Positions 30,909 to 41,282 of a stretch of 64,000 nucleotides of DNA are shown one piece after another. Origin of the DNA: Bacteroidota bacterium (GTDB lineage Bacteria > Bacteroidota > Bacteroidia > Flavobacteriales_D > Crocinitomicaceae); NCBI GenBank assembly GCA_024280155.1, contig JAJRQQ010000025.1, positions 8,090-72,089 on the forward strand, read 5' to 3'. A model generated the notes under the pieces. It did not search any database, had not been told where the DNA came from, and saw only the letters and a list, made by a program, of their open reading frames with translations. Numbering within the stretch: position 1 is the stretch's first letter; every line of letters starts with the position of its first letter. Made by a program: the position numbers and the translations under genes.

Positions 30909-31685
30909 ATGAAAATTCTTCTTTTTCTTCTACTTCTGTTTTTAAGCCTTTCATTTGGGGTTAAAAAATCAATAATTAGAGAAAATGTTACGATTAAAAT
31001 TTATCCTTACGAATACAATGGAGAAATGAAAGCTTCTGCGATGCCAGAACTAAAACCTGACAGCAAGTTAGTGAGCTACAATAGAAGATTTGAGTATCTA
31101 CTGATAAATAAATCTGAAATTCATCAACCTGAAAAATCAAAAGAGAGAAATAAAATATGGAAATTATATCCAGATACTGTAAAGCTAAAACGTCTTTATT
31201 TGAAGAAATATGTTCGAGATAAAAAACTAGTTAAATATTTTGAAGAAACAATTGCACCTATTGAGAATTCAACGATTGAAATAAATAAAACATTCTCAGA
31301 GAATGAACTCATGGAAGTGGCATCTAAATTTTTCTTTTGTAACAAAGTCAATAATGACACCACCGTGCAAGCACATGTTTGTGTCGGCCTAAACGGTATA
31401 AGTGAAGCAAATTGGGAGGTCGATTACACCTTATTGGAAGCATTTTGCTATGAAGGCATTTTTAATGAGTTAGATAAAGAAAATTCTTTAATTTGGGATT
31501 CATTTGTTTCCAAAAAAAGAGAAGCTAGTCTTCAATGTAAGAATGACCTAACAACACTCAATCAATATCTTGAAAATGTTAAACTGAATTTATTTGATAG
31601 GATGAAAAATGATGAGATTTTAAAAAAAGAATTGTTAGAATATTATAAACAAAATGAAGATAATCTAGCTTTTAGAATAAAATAA
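30909..31685 (+). CDS. secreted hypothetical protein
   Basis: Signal peptide MKILLFLLLLFLSLSFG; 258 aa, Lys/Glu-rich, no recognisable motif. Confidence 0.45.
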   Translation: MKILLFLLLLFLSLSFGVKKSIIRENVTIKIYPYEYNGEMKASAMPELKPDSKLVSYNRRFEYLLINKSEIHQPEKSKERNKIWKLYPDTVKLKRLYLKKYVRDKKLVKYFEETIAPIENSTIEINKTFSENELMEVASKFFFCNKVNNDTTVQAHVCVGLNGISEANWEVDYTLLEAFCYEGIFNELDKENSLIWDSFVSKKREASLQCKNDLTTLNQYLENVKLNLFDRMKNDEILKKELLEYYKQNEDNLAFRIK

Positions 31686-31737
31686 GAGGCTGTTAGACTA
31701 CTTGTGAGTGTTAAGATGAATTAATTCTATCCGTTTT

Positions 31738-33636
31738 CTATTTCAAAAATTTATCCAACCAATTTTTAAATTCTGTATGCCAAATTAAACTATTTTGGTA
31801 ATCCAACACCCAGTGATTTTCTTCAGGGAAATACAACAATTTACTTTCAATTCCTAGCAATTGTGCTGCTTGAAAAGCTTCTAAACCTTGCCCGATTGGA
31901 ACTCTAAAATCTTTTCCACCTTGGATAATCATGATTGGCGTATTCCAACCTTCTACACGTTCAGCAGGATTGAAAATGGTGTGGCTTTTTTTGGCAATTT
32001 TATTCTCTTTCTCCCAATATGCACCGCCTAAATCCCAATTCACGAAGAACAATTCTTCTGTTGTACCATACATGCTTTTCCAATTGAAAATTCCATCGTG
32101 AGAAATGAACGTTTTAAAACGATTCTCGTGGATTGCTGCTAAATAAAAAACAGAATAACCTCCATAACTTGCTCCAATACAACCTAATTTGCTGGTGTCA
32201 ACATAAGATTCTTTGGAGATGTCATCAATCGCAGATAAATAATCATCCATATTTTGGCCTCCGTAATCTTTTGAGATTTGCTCGTTCCATTCTACACCAT
32301 AACCTGGCATACCACGTCTATTTGGTGCAATAACGATATAACCATTTGCTGCCATTAACTGAAAATTCCATCGGTACGAATAAAATTGACTTAAAGCACC
32401 TTGTGGTCCACCTTGACAATAGAGTAGTGTTGGATATTTTTTATTTGGGTCAAAATTCGGAGGATAAATTACCCAAGAAAGCATTTCTTTTCCATCGGTT
32501 GTTTTGGTCATTCTTTTTTCAATTTTCCCCAAAGACAAAGCGCTATAAATGTCATCATTCTCAAATGTCAACTGTTGCATCGTCTCTTTTTTCAGGTTAA
32601 CAGTGTACAGTGCTGGTGCGTGATTCATGTCTCTTCGACTTACAACCATTGTGTTTTTACTTTGTCCAACGATATGATGCACGTCAAATGAACCATCTGT
32701 AATCTGCTCAATAACAGGTGCGTGAGATTTGCTCGGAATTGTTAAAGAAAAAAGTTGAACGGTTCCTTGAATAGGCGCGATGAAATAGATTAAATTTTCT
32801 TTGCTCCAATAGAACTCATTTACAGTTCCATCCCAATGAGCTGTTAAATTAACCATTTTACCATCACGAAGAATGACAATATCATTCTTGTCTGACTCAT
32901 AACCGTCACGTTTCATTTGCAACCAAGCCAATTGACCTTCTGCAGAAAATGCTGGTTGAGTATCGTATCCTTTATTGCTTTCGGTTAGATTTTTCGTTTT
33001 TCCAGTTGCTAAATCATATTCATAGATGTCTGTATTTGTACTAACAGCGTAGGCAGTTCCACTTTTTTTCTTGCAAACGTACAAGATTTTTGTTCCATCA
33101 TTATTCCAAATGTAATCTTCACTACCTCCAAAAGGTTTTTGTGGAGAATGATAAGGTTCTCCCTGCATGATATCCGTTTTCTTACCGCTTGAGATATGTT
33201 CAACAAAAACATGGTTATAGGTTCCGTCTTCCCACTTGTCCCAATGTCTGTAATTGAGTTCTGTATATATCTTCACATTCGATTTTGTTAACTCAGGATA
33301 GAAATCAGTTCCCAACACCTTTTCAATTTTTACAGCTTTTGTGGAAAGTTTATATTTTCCATCGGGAGACACTTTAGAATCTCTTGTAATGAAATCTGAA
33401 TAATCTTTTATTTCTCGTCCATTTTCTCCGTCTAAGGAAAGAACGTATGTTTTAGAAGATTTTGAATTTGTCGCAATATCAACTTTAGAAACGGAGTAGA
33501 TGACACTTTCTCCATCGTCAGTGATTCCAATGCCAGAGACTCTGTTGAGTTCAATGAGTTGTTCGGCAGTCATTACTTTTTGAGCGAATAATGAAGCACT
33601 AAAAAATAAGACAGAGAAAAATAAGGAATATTTCAT
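31738..33636 (-). CDS. S9 family serine peptidase (prolyl oligopeptidase/dipeptidyl peptidase type)
   Basis: Signal peptide and an N-terminal propeller-like region. The C-terminal alpha/beta hydrolase domain carries nucleophile elbow GASYGGY and a late His (ENHWV). Confidence 0.85.
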   Translation of the reverse strand: MKYSLFFSVLFFSASLFAQKVMTAEQLIELNRVSGIGITDDGESVIYSVSKVDIATNSKSSKTYVLSLDGENGREIKDYSDFITRDSKVSPDGKYKLSTKAVKIEKVLGTDFYPELTKSNVKIYTELNYRHWDKWEDGTYNHVFVEHISSGKKTDIMQGEPYHSPQKPFGGSEDYIWNNDGTKILYVCKKKSGTAYAVSTNTDIYEYDLATGKTKNLTESNKGYDTQPAFSAEGQLAWLQMKRDGYESDKNDIVILRDGKMVNLTAHWDGTVNEFYWSKENLIYFIAPIQGTVQLFSLTIPSKSHAPVIEQITDGSFDVHHIVGQSKNTMVVSRRDMNHAPALYTVNLKKETMQQLTFENDDIYSALSLGKIEKRMTKTTDGKEMLSWVIYPPNFDPNKKYPTLLYCQGGPQGALSQFYSYRWNFQLMAANGYIVIAPNRRGMPGYGVEWNEQISKDYGGQNMDDYLSAIDDISKESYVDTSKLGCIGASYGGYSVFYLAAIHENRFKTFISHDGIFNWKSMYGTTEELFFVNWDLGGAYWEKENKIAKKSHTIFNPAERVEGWNTPIMIIQGGKDFRVPIGQGLEAFQAAQLLGIESKLLYFPEENHWVLDYQNSLIWHTEFKNWLDKFLK

Positions 33637-33739
33637 GATACAATAAATTTTAAAATCGCATCCGAAATTAGTGATAATTTTATTCTAATTACTCATTTAT
33701 TCTTTAAAATAAGAAAAGGAAAACTTATTGTTTAAATTT

Positions 33740-34519
33740 CTACTGCTCAATCGGTCCTTTGTTAAATTGTGGACCTTTATTCTTAATATTAGGAAAGAAA
33801 TACTTGAATTGAATCGCAAGAAAAGAGCCATCAACATTACCATCAATTACTTTTTGTGTTGCTGAAGTTTCGTAAGTATATTGCATATAGAGATGAAACA
33901 GTGGCTGAAAAGGAATTCTTGCCGAACCTCCAAGATAAAAGAAACCTTTTTTTTCTGTTCTGAATTCGAATCCCAAGTTTGCGTTTAAATCAAATCCAAT
34001 TTTCTTTTCGAGATAGCCTAAATGATCAAAAACATGTTTTTTTTGTGGTTGAGTAGTTTTCCCAACACTTGTAGGTGAGAAGTTAATACCAAATCCTAAC
34101 GAGGCATCCATGTACCATTTTTCATCAAGTTTAATGTAAAACAATGCGTTAATCGGTAGACTGTATTGAATAAAACCAAGCGTTGTATTGGCTGAAATAT
34201 TCGAGTCAGGAAGTGACATTGAAATGTCGAAATTACGTTTGGTGTAATTAATACCAGTTTCTATAGCAATAAATTTAGTAAAACTAGTACGAACAGTTCC
34301 TCCAATTGAAAATCCCATTTTTTGAGTTATCGTTGTCGATAAATTAAAAGGGTCATTGGTTGGTTGATTTAGTGTTAAAGTTTTTTCACCAATAAAAGAG
34401 GTAGGGAAAACAGGGGAGAACTCTATCCCAAAATAAGTGGGTAGTTTTTTCTTATGTTTAATTTGAGCTGAAATACTCAACGAAAACACGATAAAAAGAA
34501 GAAATATATAAGTTTTCAT
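33740..34519 (-). CDS. small outer-membrane beta-barrel protein
   Basis: Signal peptide ending SAQ, alternating hydrophobic strands and an aromatic-rich C-terminal region. Confidence 0.45.
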   Translation of the reverse strand: MKTYIFLLFIVFSLSISAQIKHKKKLPTYFGIEFSPVFPTSFIGEKTLTLNQPTNDPFNLSTTITQKMGFSIGGTVRTSFTKFIAIETGINYTKRNFDISMSLPDSNISANTTLGFIQYSLPINALFYIKLDEKWYMDASLGFGINFSPTSVGKTTQPQKKHVFDHLGYLEKKIGFDLNANLGFEFRTEKKGFFYLGGSARIPFQPLFHLYMQYTYETSATQKVIDGNVDGSFLAIQFKYFFPNIKNKGPQFNKGPIEQ

Positions 34520-34545
34520 AAAATTGTAACGCTAAGAAACAAAAA

Positions 34546-34965
34546 TTATTCGTTTGTCAAAGACTGTTGTTCATTTAATTGATTGTTCACTTGTTTTAAT
34601 CTATTCTGCTGGTTGCAATATCCTAGAATAGTAATTGTCATGACAATGGCTGAAAATATCATTAAAAACCAACGTAAAAAACGAAAAGGGATAAAAGGTT
34701 TCTTATGTTTCGCTTCGATAGTGAAATTTATTTCTTGGGTTTTATTGTAATCGTTTTTATGTATACCAAATAAGAAATAATCTTTTGTTCTTTTTTTAGT
34801 GATACTTTTCTCATACCATATTTTATTCTTACTTAGTTCTTTTTCAAAAGAATCTGCACGGTTTACATCTGCAAAACGATAAACAATATAATTTTTATTG
34901 GAAGGATGTTGAACATAGTTTACTAATCCTAAATCAATCATTGTTGAATCTACTGGGTTATCCAT
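34546..34965 (-). CDS. hypothetical protein with C-terminal TM helix
   Basis: 139 aa; hydrophobic FLRWFLMIFSAIVMTITILGY near the C-terminus. Confidence 0.4.
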   Translation of the reverse strand: MDNPVDSTMIDLGLVNYVQHPSNKNYIVYRFADVNRADSFEKELSKNKIWYEKSITKKRTKDYFLFGIHKNDYNKTQEINFTIEAKHKKPFIPFRFLRWFLMIFSAIVMTITILGYCNQQNRLKQVNNQLNEQQSLTNE

Positions 34966-35537
34966 TCTGTGGTATATTCAATTGGTTTACGGTGTGCTTT
35001 TGGCCATTCTATGTTTGGGTAACCGATGTAAAACAAGCCGAGGCATTTGTCTTTGTCACCGATTCCAAGAAAATCATTCATTTCTTTCGTATAAATCAAA
35101 TTTGGAGTTGCCCAAAAAGCACCCAGTCCATAAGCAGTACATGTTAAATGCATATTCTGAATTGCACAAGCAACGGCTTCAATTTCTTCAATTTCAGCAA
35201 TTCTCTCACTTTCTTGACGTTTCATACAAACTGCAATCACAACAGAAGCGATTTTAGGACGAGTAAGAAGTTTTGTGAGTTTAGCATCTTCTTGTTTGTC
35301 TTTTGGCGTTAGTTTAAGGTAAGTTTGACTTAAAAAATCACTAAGTTTAGTTCTACCTTCATCTGAAAAAACTTTGAAACGCCAAGGTTGAGTGTTTCCA
35401 TGAGTTGGCGCCCATTGAGCGTTATTCAAAATTAAATCAATTTGCTCTTTGTGAACTTTTCGATCTTTAAACTGTTCAGGATAGATGGTTCTTCGTTCAC
35501 GAATGAGTTCGTTTATTTCAGAAAGATTAAATCGCAT
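34950..35537 (-). CDS. nitroreductase family protein
   Basis: RRTIYPEQF and APTHGNTQPWRF, typical FMN nitroreductase motifs; 195 aa. Confidence 0.85.
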   Translation of the reverse strand: MRFNLSEINELIRERRTIYPEQFKDRKVHKEQIDLILNNAQWAPTHGNTQPWRFKVFSDEGRTKLSDFLSQTYLKLTPKDKQEDAKLTKLLTRPKIASVVIAVCMKRQESERIAEIEEIEAVACAIQNMHLTCTAYGLGAFWATPNLIYTKEMNDFLGIGDKDKCLGLFYIGYPNIEWPKAHRKPIEYTTEWITQ

Positions 35538-35626
35538 GCATATTTTTTGTGCAAATTTAAGAAAATATGTTGCAGGAATATGTTAACGGATAAAAATATT
35601 TAAATTTGAAACAATAATATAAAAAG

Positions 35627-36325
35627 ATGTCAAATCAACTTAAGGAAAATCATTACATCACACGAATAGGGTGGATGCGTGCCTCGGTACTCGGAGCGAA
35701 CGATGGAATTGTCTCAACCGCAAGTCTAATTGTAGGTGGTGCAGCATCAGGTGCGAACCAACCAACTATATTGATAGCCTCAGTTGCAGGACTAGTTGCG
35801 GGTGCAATGTCTATGGCGGCTGGAGAATATGTCTCTGTAAGTTCTCAGGCAGACATCGAAAAAGCCGATTTAGAACGAGAAAGAATTGAATTGGAGGAAG
35901 ATTTTGAAGGGGAAACTGAAGAATTGAAACAAATATATATCAACAGAGGTTTGAGTGAAAATTTAGCGAATGAGGTTGCTAAGGAATTAATGGAACACGA
36001 TGCTTTTGGTGCTCATGCTAGAGACGAATTGAATATTGTTGAACATACTCAAGCAAATCCAATGCAAGCGGCTCTATTTTCTGCAATATCGTTTATTGTA
36101 GGTGCGGGTTTCCCTGTTCTTGTTGTCTTATTTGCTGAACTGAATCAAATTATCGCTATAGTTTCGATTACTTCGATTTTATTTTTAGCAATACTGGGAG
36201 GTGTTGCTGCTTATGTTGGTGGAGCAAATATTTGGAAAGGTGTTTATCGTGTAACTTTCTGGGGTGTAGTCGCTTTAGTTATAACTGCAGGAATAGGTTA
36301 CCTTTTTGATATTGCGATGGCATAA
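35627..36325 (+). CDS. VIT1/CCC1 family iron/manganese transporter
   Basis: GANDGIVSTASLIVG, a Glu-rich cytoplasmic metal-binding stretch (DLERERIELEEDFEGETEE) and C-terminal TM helices. Confidence 0.85.
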   Translation: MSNQLKENHYITRIGWMRASVLGANDGIVSTASLIVGGAASGANQPTILIASVAGLVAGAMSMAAGEYVSVSSQADIEKADLERERIELEEDFEGETEELKQIYINRGLSENLANEVAKELMEHDAFGAHARDELNIVEHTQANPMQAALFSAISFIVGAGFPVLVVLFAELNQIIAIVSITSILFLAILGGVAAYVGGANIWKGVYRVTFWGVVALVITAGIGYLFDIAMA

Positions 36326-36424
36326 AAAAAATGAAAATTATTTTGGAGAAGAAATAAAAAATGAATATCTTAGCAATATGATAAAGCCAATAAAATTGGA
36401 ACTTTTATCTACATCGAAAGATGG

Positions 36425-36594
36425 ACCCATGTGGACAATTTGAAGCTTAAAAACGATTTTAGCAGGAGAGTCTCAGAGTTCGGATGTCAGGCCGTAATCG
36501 AAAGAGTAGTTTACTACCAACGGAAGACTGATCAATTCAGCAATCCTAAACGTGTTATCAGAGGCTTCTAATAACCAGCCAGATGGGTTTTTTT
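36425..36594 (+). ncRNA. candidate small RNA in convergent spacer (unclassified)
   Basis: No long ORF, and locally higher GC than the flanks. acccat-g-tgg (36425-36434) pairs with cca-g-atgggt (36579-36588) and is followed by T7 (36588-36594). Internal hairpins include gtag-ttta-ctac and ctga-tcaat-tcag. Confidence 0.2.
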
Positions 36595-36611
36595 ATGTAA
36601 TATATTTCCAC

Positions 36612-36641
36612 AAAAAAAAGTCCTCATATTGAGGACTTTTT
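36612..36641. terminator. bidirectional intrinsic terminator
   Basis: A8-agtcctca-tat-tgaggact-T5, just downstream of the lolA-like stop. Confidence 0.8.
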
Positions 36642-36661
36642 ATATTTAATTTAGAATTCTA

Positions 36662-37297
36662 TTAATCCTTGATTACTTCGTAACCAGGATATTTCTTCGG
36701 ATCGAAAACGAATTTTGAATCACTGATAGTCGGGTTAGCTTTGTAAGCTTTTAAATTGTACGTCATTACAGTGCCATCTTTCATTTTGATAACAACTTTC
36801 TTTAAATCCTCTTTAGATTTAGAAATGTAGAGAATTACAGTATGAAATTCAGCATTTCCGGGATCTTTAGGGTACAGATAAATAACATGAACTTTTTCTC
36901 CGTTCAAAGTACTTTCTTTTCCGTATTTATTTTTAAAACCATCTTCCCAAATCGTCATTAGTTTACGGGGATTGATTCCATCTTCTTCATCGTCAGCATC
37001 AGATTCGTAAACAGATTTTTCTTCTTTAACAATCATCCATGTTTTTAGTCCGTTAGAAATAATTGTATTGTCTCCGAAAGAAGCGTAAAATTTCTTTCCT
37101 TTTACCCAACCTTTACCAGTGTCAGTGGTGTTTGTTCCTGTTGCACTATTTTTTGTGTTTGCACTAAATTCAATGTAGAAAGAATTGTGCGTTTTCATTT
37201 TCTTAGATAAACGATTCAAAATTCCCTGTGAATCACCTTGTGCAAAAGAAATTGAACTTAAGGTGAAAAAAGTTAAAAGAGTAATAATTAATTTCAT
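36662..37297 (-). CDS. LolA-like outer-membrane lipoprotein carrier family protein
   Basis: Signal peptide, ~210 aa, beta-rich with the LolA-like layout. The call rests on size and pattern only. Confidence 0.5.
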   Translation of the reverse strand: MKLIITLLTFFTLSSISFAQGDSQGILNRLSKKMKTHNSFYIEFSANTKNSATGTNTTDTGKGWVKGKKFYASFGDNTIISNGLKTWMIVKEEKSVYESDADDEEDGINPRKLMTIWEDGFKNKYGKESTLNGEKVHVIYLYPKDPGNAEFHTVILYISKSKEDLKKVVIKMKDGTVMTYNLKAYKANPTISDSKFVFDPKKYPGYEVIKD

Positions 37298-37328
37298 GTT
37301 ATTTATTTTCCAAAGCTTTAATCAGAAA

Positions 37329-37970
37329 CTATGCCAAAAGAAAGCTTTTAATGTTTATTAATAGTTTTAGTAATGTTTTGGTCTCAATATCATGATTTCC
37401 ATTGTATATTTCGATATTGAACCCCAAAGATAAGTAATATTCTGTCAATTGCGAACTAGTTTCATCATTAAAGAATTCATCTTCATCTCCAACAACAAAA
37501 TAATTCATTTTTTCTTCAATAAACTTTTGAGACCATTGATGTTCTCGAGGAAAATCACTTCCCCAAATAATGGTTGAATCAAATTGAACTTTATGGTCCA
37601 TCTTCCAACGTAAAGCAGTTGCACCTCCTTGAGAAAAGCCAAGTAAATGACGATTTTGAACGGGATATTGTTCCGAAATAATAGCATCTATTCTGTTGAG
37701 ATAATTCAAATTGTCTTGAATATCTATTTCACGTGCTTCTTTTGTCATCCATGAAGCACCAACTCGACCAGATGTGCCCCTAAGATAAAAACGATGCATT
37801 CCTTCTGGAGCAACAATGAGAATATTCTTATTGATTTCTTTGAATTTTTGTATAAAAAACTCGACCAATTGTCCGTAGCCATGCAAAACATATAGCACGG
37901 TTTTTGCTTGCGGCGATTCGTTTAAAATTTGATAACGAAAAGTTTTTTCTTGTTTTAATGTAAATTCCAT
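37329..37970 (-). CDS. alpha/beta hydrolase (phospholipase/carboxylesterase type)
   Basis: ATG at 37970 (MEFTLKQ) avoids overlap with the divergent receptor gene. Motifs LHGYGQ, nucleophile elbow GFSQGG and a C-terminal His. Confidence 0.65.
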   Translation of the reverse strand: MEFTLKQEKTFRYQILNESPQAKTVLYVLHGYGQLVEFFIQKFKEINKNILIVAPEGMHRFYLRGTSGRVGASWMTKEAREIDIQDNLNYLNRIDAIISEQYPVQNRHLLGFSQGGATALRWKMDHKVQFDSTIIWGSDFPREHQWSQKFIEEKMNYFVVGDEDEFFNDETSSQLTEYYLSLGFNIEIYNGNHDIETKTLLKLLINIKSFLLA

Positions 37971-38016
37971 TGTTACAAATATAAAAGGAAGAAATAGAAA
38001 ATGTACATTTGCAACT

Positions 38017-40443
38017 ATGCTAAAAAAAGAAATTTGTTTTTTATTGGTTACATTCATTCTATTTCTGGGGAATGTTTATGCACAAGAGATAACAGTTCTT
38101 GATCAGGTGACGCAAGAAAGAATACCCGGTGTTAAAGTATATTCAAATACTCCAAAAGTGCAAGTAATCGCTAATTCTGAAGGGAGATTTCAATTGGATG
38201 ATTTTAAAGGGTGTGATACGATCTATTTGTCTTACGCAAGTTATGAAACACGAACTTTTTCATACGAAGAATTGAAAAAAGTAGTTTGGATAGAATTGTC
38301 TGATGTTCATTTGGCTGTTTCTGAAGTAGTTGTTACAGCAAATAGGTGGGGGCAAGATAAATCCAAGATTTCAAGTAGAATATCTAAACTAAACTTAAAA
38401 GATTTAGGCATTATAGAGGCTCAAACCATGGCTGACTTATTGGAAGCAACGGGATATGTTTTTGTTCAGAAAAGTCAGTTGGCAGGTGGTTCACCTCAAC
38501 TGCGTGGTTTTGGTACAAATCGTGTGATGATTGTAGTGGATGGTGTCCGTATGAATAATGCAATCTTTCGTTCGGGGAATTTGCAGAATATTATTTCATT
38601 GGATGGGAATTCTTTAGAGTCTGCTGAAATTCAATTCGGACCCGGATCAGTGATTTATGGAAGTGATGCAATTGGGGGAGTAATGAATTTTACAACTTTA
38701 GAACCTAAATTCTCAACAGATTCTTTGAAATCATTAATGAAAACAACTGTTTTTACTCGGTATTCTTCGGCGAGTAATGAATCAACGTCTCACCTTAGTT
38801 TTATCTATGGAACTAAGACTTGGGCAACTTCAACAGCAATAACTTACTCTCGTTTTGGTGATTTAACAACTGGTAAATACGGGGATAAACATTTTCTTCG
38901 CCCAACATATCAAACTACAATTAATGGAATAGATTCTACAGTGATTAACCCAAACCCACGTAAACAGGTTGAATCCGGTTATGAACAAATAAATTTACTT
39001 CACAAAATCACTTTCAAATTAAAAAAGAATTGGGATTTGACCTATGGATTAAACTTTTCTACAACAAGTAATGCTCCACGCTATGATCGATTGGTTCAAG
39101 ACGATAATAATGACGGTGCTTTAGATAATGCAGAATGGTATTATGGCCCTCAACAATGGATGATGCATCGTGTTTCTTTGGTGAACCAGACCGAAAAAAA
39201 ACCTTTTTATGACAACCTGAGAATTACTTTAGCATACCAGAACTTTAAAGAAAGTCGTCACGATAGAAAAAATGGAAACTCATTGATTCGCAGACAGTTT
39301 GAAGAAGTTAATGCATTTTCAATGAATGTAGATTTACAAAAAAAATGGGGGAGTAGAATGGTTTTCTTTTATGGGTTAGAAGGAGTTTTTAATCATGTGG
39401 GGTCCTACGCTTATAAAGAGTCTGTTAACGATGGTACTCAAACTGTTATTAATCCTCGATATCCAAACAATAGTCTTTGGCAAACGTATGGTGCTTATTT
39501 TTCTTCAAAATATGAACTCAATGAAAAATGGACGATAAATGCTGGTATTCGATATAGTTTTTACAATATTGAAGCCAAATTTGACACGACTTTGTTTGCC
39601 TTTCCTTCTACAAGTGTTTCTAATTTAAATGGAGCATTGAATGGAAGCTTGGGGTTGGTCTTTAACCCTTCCGTTTACTCTCAATTCTACACGAATGTAT
39701 CAACGGGGTTTAGAGCGCCAAATATTGATGATGTTGGTAAAGTGTTTGATTCTCAGCCTGGAAGTGTTATTGTCCCGAATGTAAATTTAAAGCCTGAATA
39801 TGCGTATAACGCTGAAATTGGTTTTGTTCAAGCGATTAAAAGTTTATTAAAAATAGACGGAGCGATCTATGGTACTTATCTTGATAATGCTTTAGCTCGA
39901 TCAACATACCAATTCAATGGCCAAGACAGTATGGTATATGATGGGGTAAATAGTCAAGTTTTAGCGATCCAAAACGTGAGCAATGCTTATGTTTATGGAT
40001 TTCAAGGTGGTATCGAACTTGTTTTTGGAAAAGGATTTACTCTAAAAAGTATGATCAGCTATCAAAAAGGGTTTGAATATAATATTGACAGCGCATCTTA
40101 TTTCCCAAAGTTGCATGTTGCACCACTTTTTGGTCGAACATCATTAGAATATGAGAGAAGGCATTTACAAATTGAAATTTATGCGGTTTATCAAGCAAAA
40201 ATGAACGCCGATGATATAGCACTTACGGAAAGAGGTCGGTATAAATATGCAACTGATGAAAATGGCTTATCATATACGCCTTCGTGGTACACAATAAATG
40301 TAAAAGGAGCTTACTTCTTTAACAAGCATTTATCAATGAATATAGGGGTGGAAAATATAACCAATCAATTGTATAGAACATCGGGTTCTGGAATTTCAGC
40401 ACCTGGGATTAATTTTACAGCATCAATAAAAGCTGTGTTTTAA
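38017..40443 (+). CDS. TonB-dependent receptor with N-terminal carboxypeptidase-regulatory-like domain
   Basis: Signal peptide, plug-domain motifs (PQLRGFGTNRVMIVVDGVRMNNA, GPGSVIYGSDAIGGVMNF) and a barrel ending ...SIKAVF. Confidence 0.9.
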   Translation: MLKKEICFLLVTFILFLGNVYAQEITVLDQVTQERIPGVKVYSNTPKVQVIANSEGRFQLDDFKGCDTIYLSYASYETRTFSYEELKKVVWIELSDVHLAVSEVVVTANRWGQDKSKISSRISKLNLKDLGIIEAQTMADLLEATGYVFVQKSQLAGGSPQLRGFGTNRVMIVVDGVRMNNAIFRSGNLQNIISLDGNSLESAEIQFGPGSVIYGSDAIGGVMNFTTLEPKFSTDSLKSLMKTTVFTRYSSASNESTSHLSFIYGTKTWATSTAITYSRFGDLTTGKYGDKHFLRPTYQTTINGIDSTVINPNPRKQVESGYEQINLLHKITFKLKKNWDLTYGLNFSTTSNAPRYDRLVQDDNNDGALDNAEWYYGPQQWMMHRVSLVNQTEKKPFYDNLRITLAYQNFKESRHDRKNGNSLIRRQFEEVNAFSMNVDLQKKWGSRMVFFYGLEGVFNHVGSYAYKESVNDGTQTVINPRYPNNSLWQTYGAYFSSKYELNEKWTINAGIRYSFYNIEAKFDTTLFAFPSTSVSNLNGALNGSLGLVFNPSVYSQFYTNVSTGFRAPNIDDVGKVFDSQPGSVIVPNVNLKPEYAYNAEIGFVQAIKSLLKIDGAIYGTYLDNALARSTYQFNGQDSMVYDGVNSQVLAIQNVSNAYVYGFQGGIELVFGKGFTLKSMISYQKGFEYNIDSASYFPKLHVAPLFGRTSLEYERRHLQIEIYAVYQAKMNADDIALTERGRYKYATDENGLSYTPSWYTINVKGAYFFNKHLSMNIGVENITNQLYRTSGSGISAPGINFTASIKAVF

Positions 40444-40476
40444 AATAGTATTTGCCTTGAGTTATTCGTTCTTCCG

Positions 40477-41235
40477 CTATCTTTTCTTTGCATAGTATTT
40501 CAAATCATTGTCATTGAAAAACCACCTACGGTCAAGTTCATTCGTTTTTTCAATTTTGGGAGAATAATTAAATACTTTTTTTGGATCATTAAATTTAATT
40601 TGTTCTAGTCTTCCTTTGTAAATTAGAATGTCTTTGGCTAGAGAATAACTCCCGTCATCATATTCAACATAATAAGCTTTGTTTTCTATATCTCCTAAAC
40701 CATCATAATTCATCATTTCAAAAATTTCTTTTGGTAAACGATTTATTACTGTGAAGAATCTGATAAACGAGGCATTTTCCAATTTATATTCAACCAGTAC
40801 ATCAAAGTAAGCTTCCGAACGAATGTGTTCAAATTTTACAGTAAGATTTGCTAATGCACTAGATGGAACAGGAATTTCTCGGCTAATTTTTTTTGATGCA
40901 CCATCGTAGAAGAAAATGAAATTGTACCTCCCCATATATCCAGATTCTACACGTGTTGCAAGATTTGTTGAGTTTACTGCTTTTTCCATTGCTCGATCCA
41001 AAAGATTGACGGTAATAATCATATCTAAACTGTCATCTGTATTCATTTGAGCAGAGAAAGTCTCTACGGTATATTTCTCAGTTGCAGGAATTCTAAGAAC
41101 TGCTTCGATGTGGTGAGCGATTTTCTGGTCAAGTGTCTCGATAACTTCTGGCTTTTCTGCCTTTGTGTTTTCAACAATTTCATCTCCGCAAGCTAGAAAG
41201 GAAAAAAATACGAATAAACTTAAAATGATTTTCAT
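40477..41235 (-). CDS. lipoprotein, unknown function
   Basis: MKIILSLFVFFSFLACGDE lipobox; 252 aa. Confidence 0.45.
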   Translation of the reverse strand: MKIILSLFVFFSFLACGDEIVENTKAEKPEVIETLDQKIAHHIEAVLRIPATEKYTVETFSAQMNTDDSLDMIITVNLLDRAMEKAVNSTNLATRVESGYMGRYNFIFFYDGASKKISREIPVPSSALANLTVKFEHIRSEAYFDVLVEYKLENASFIRFFTVINRLPKEIFEMMNYDGLGDIENKAYYVEYDDGSYSLAKDILIYKGRLEQIKFNDPKKVFNYSPKIEKTNELDRRWFFNDNDLKYYAKKR

Positions 41236-41282
41236 AGTAGCAAATTTAATGATATCTATCGAAAAACAGTTATTTTCGCTTT

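Noticed and set aside
36470-36540. SRP RNA or yybP-ykoY manganese riboswitch (gtcaggccg...cggaag; next to a VIT metal transporter)
   Set aside because: The conserved SRP domain IV sequence and the riboswitch core are not present. The element lies downstream of the transporter gene, not upstream, so it is kept only as an unclassified candidate.
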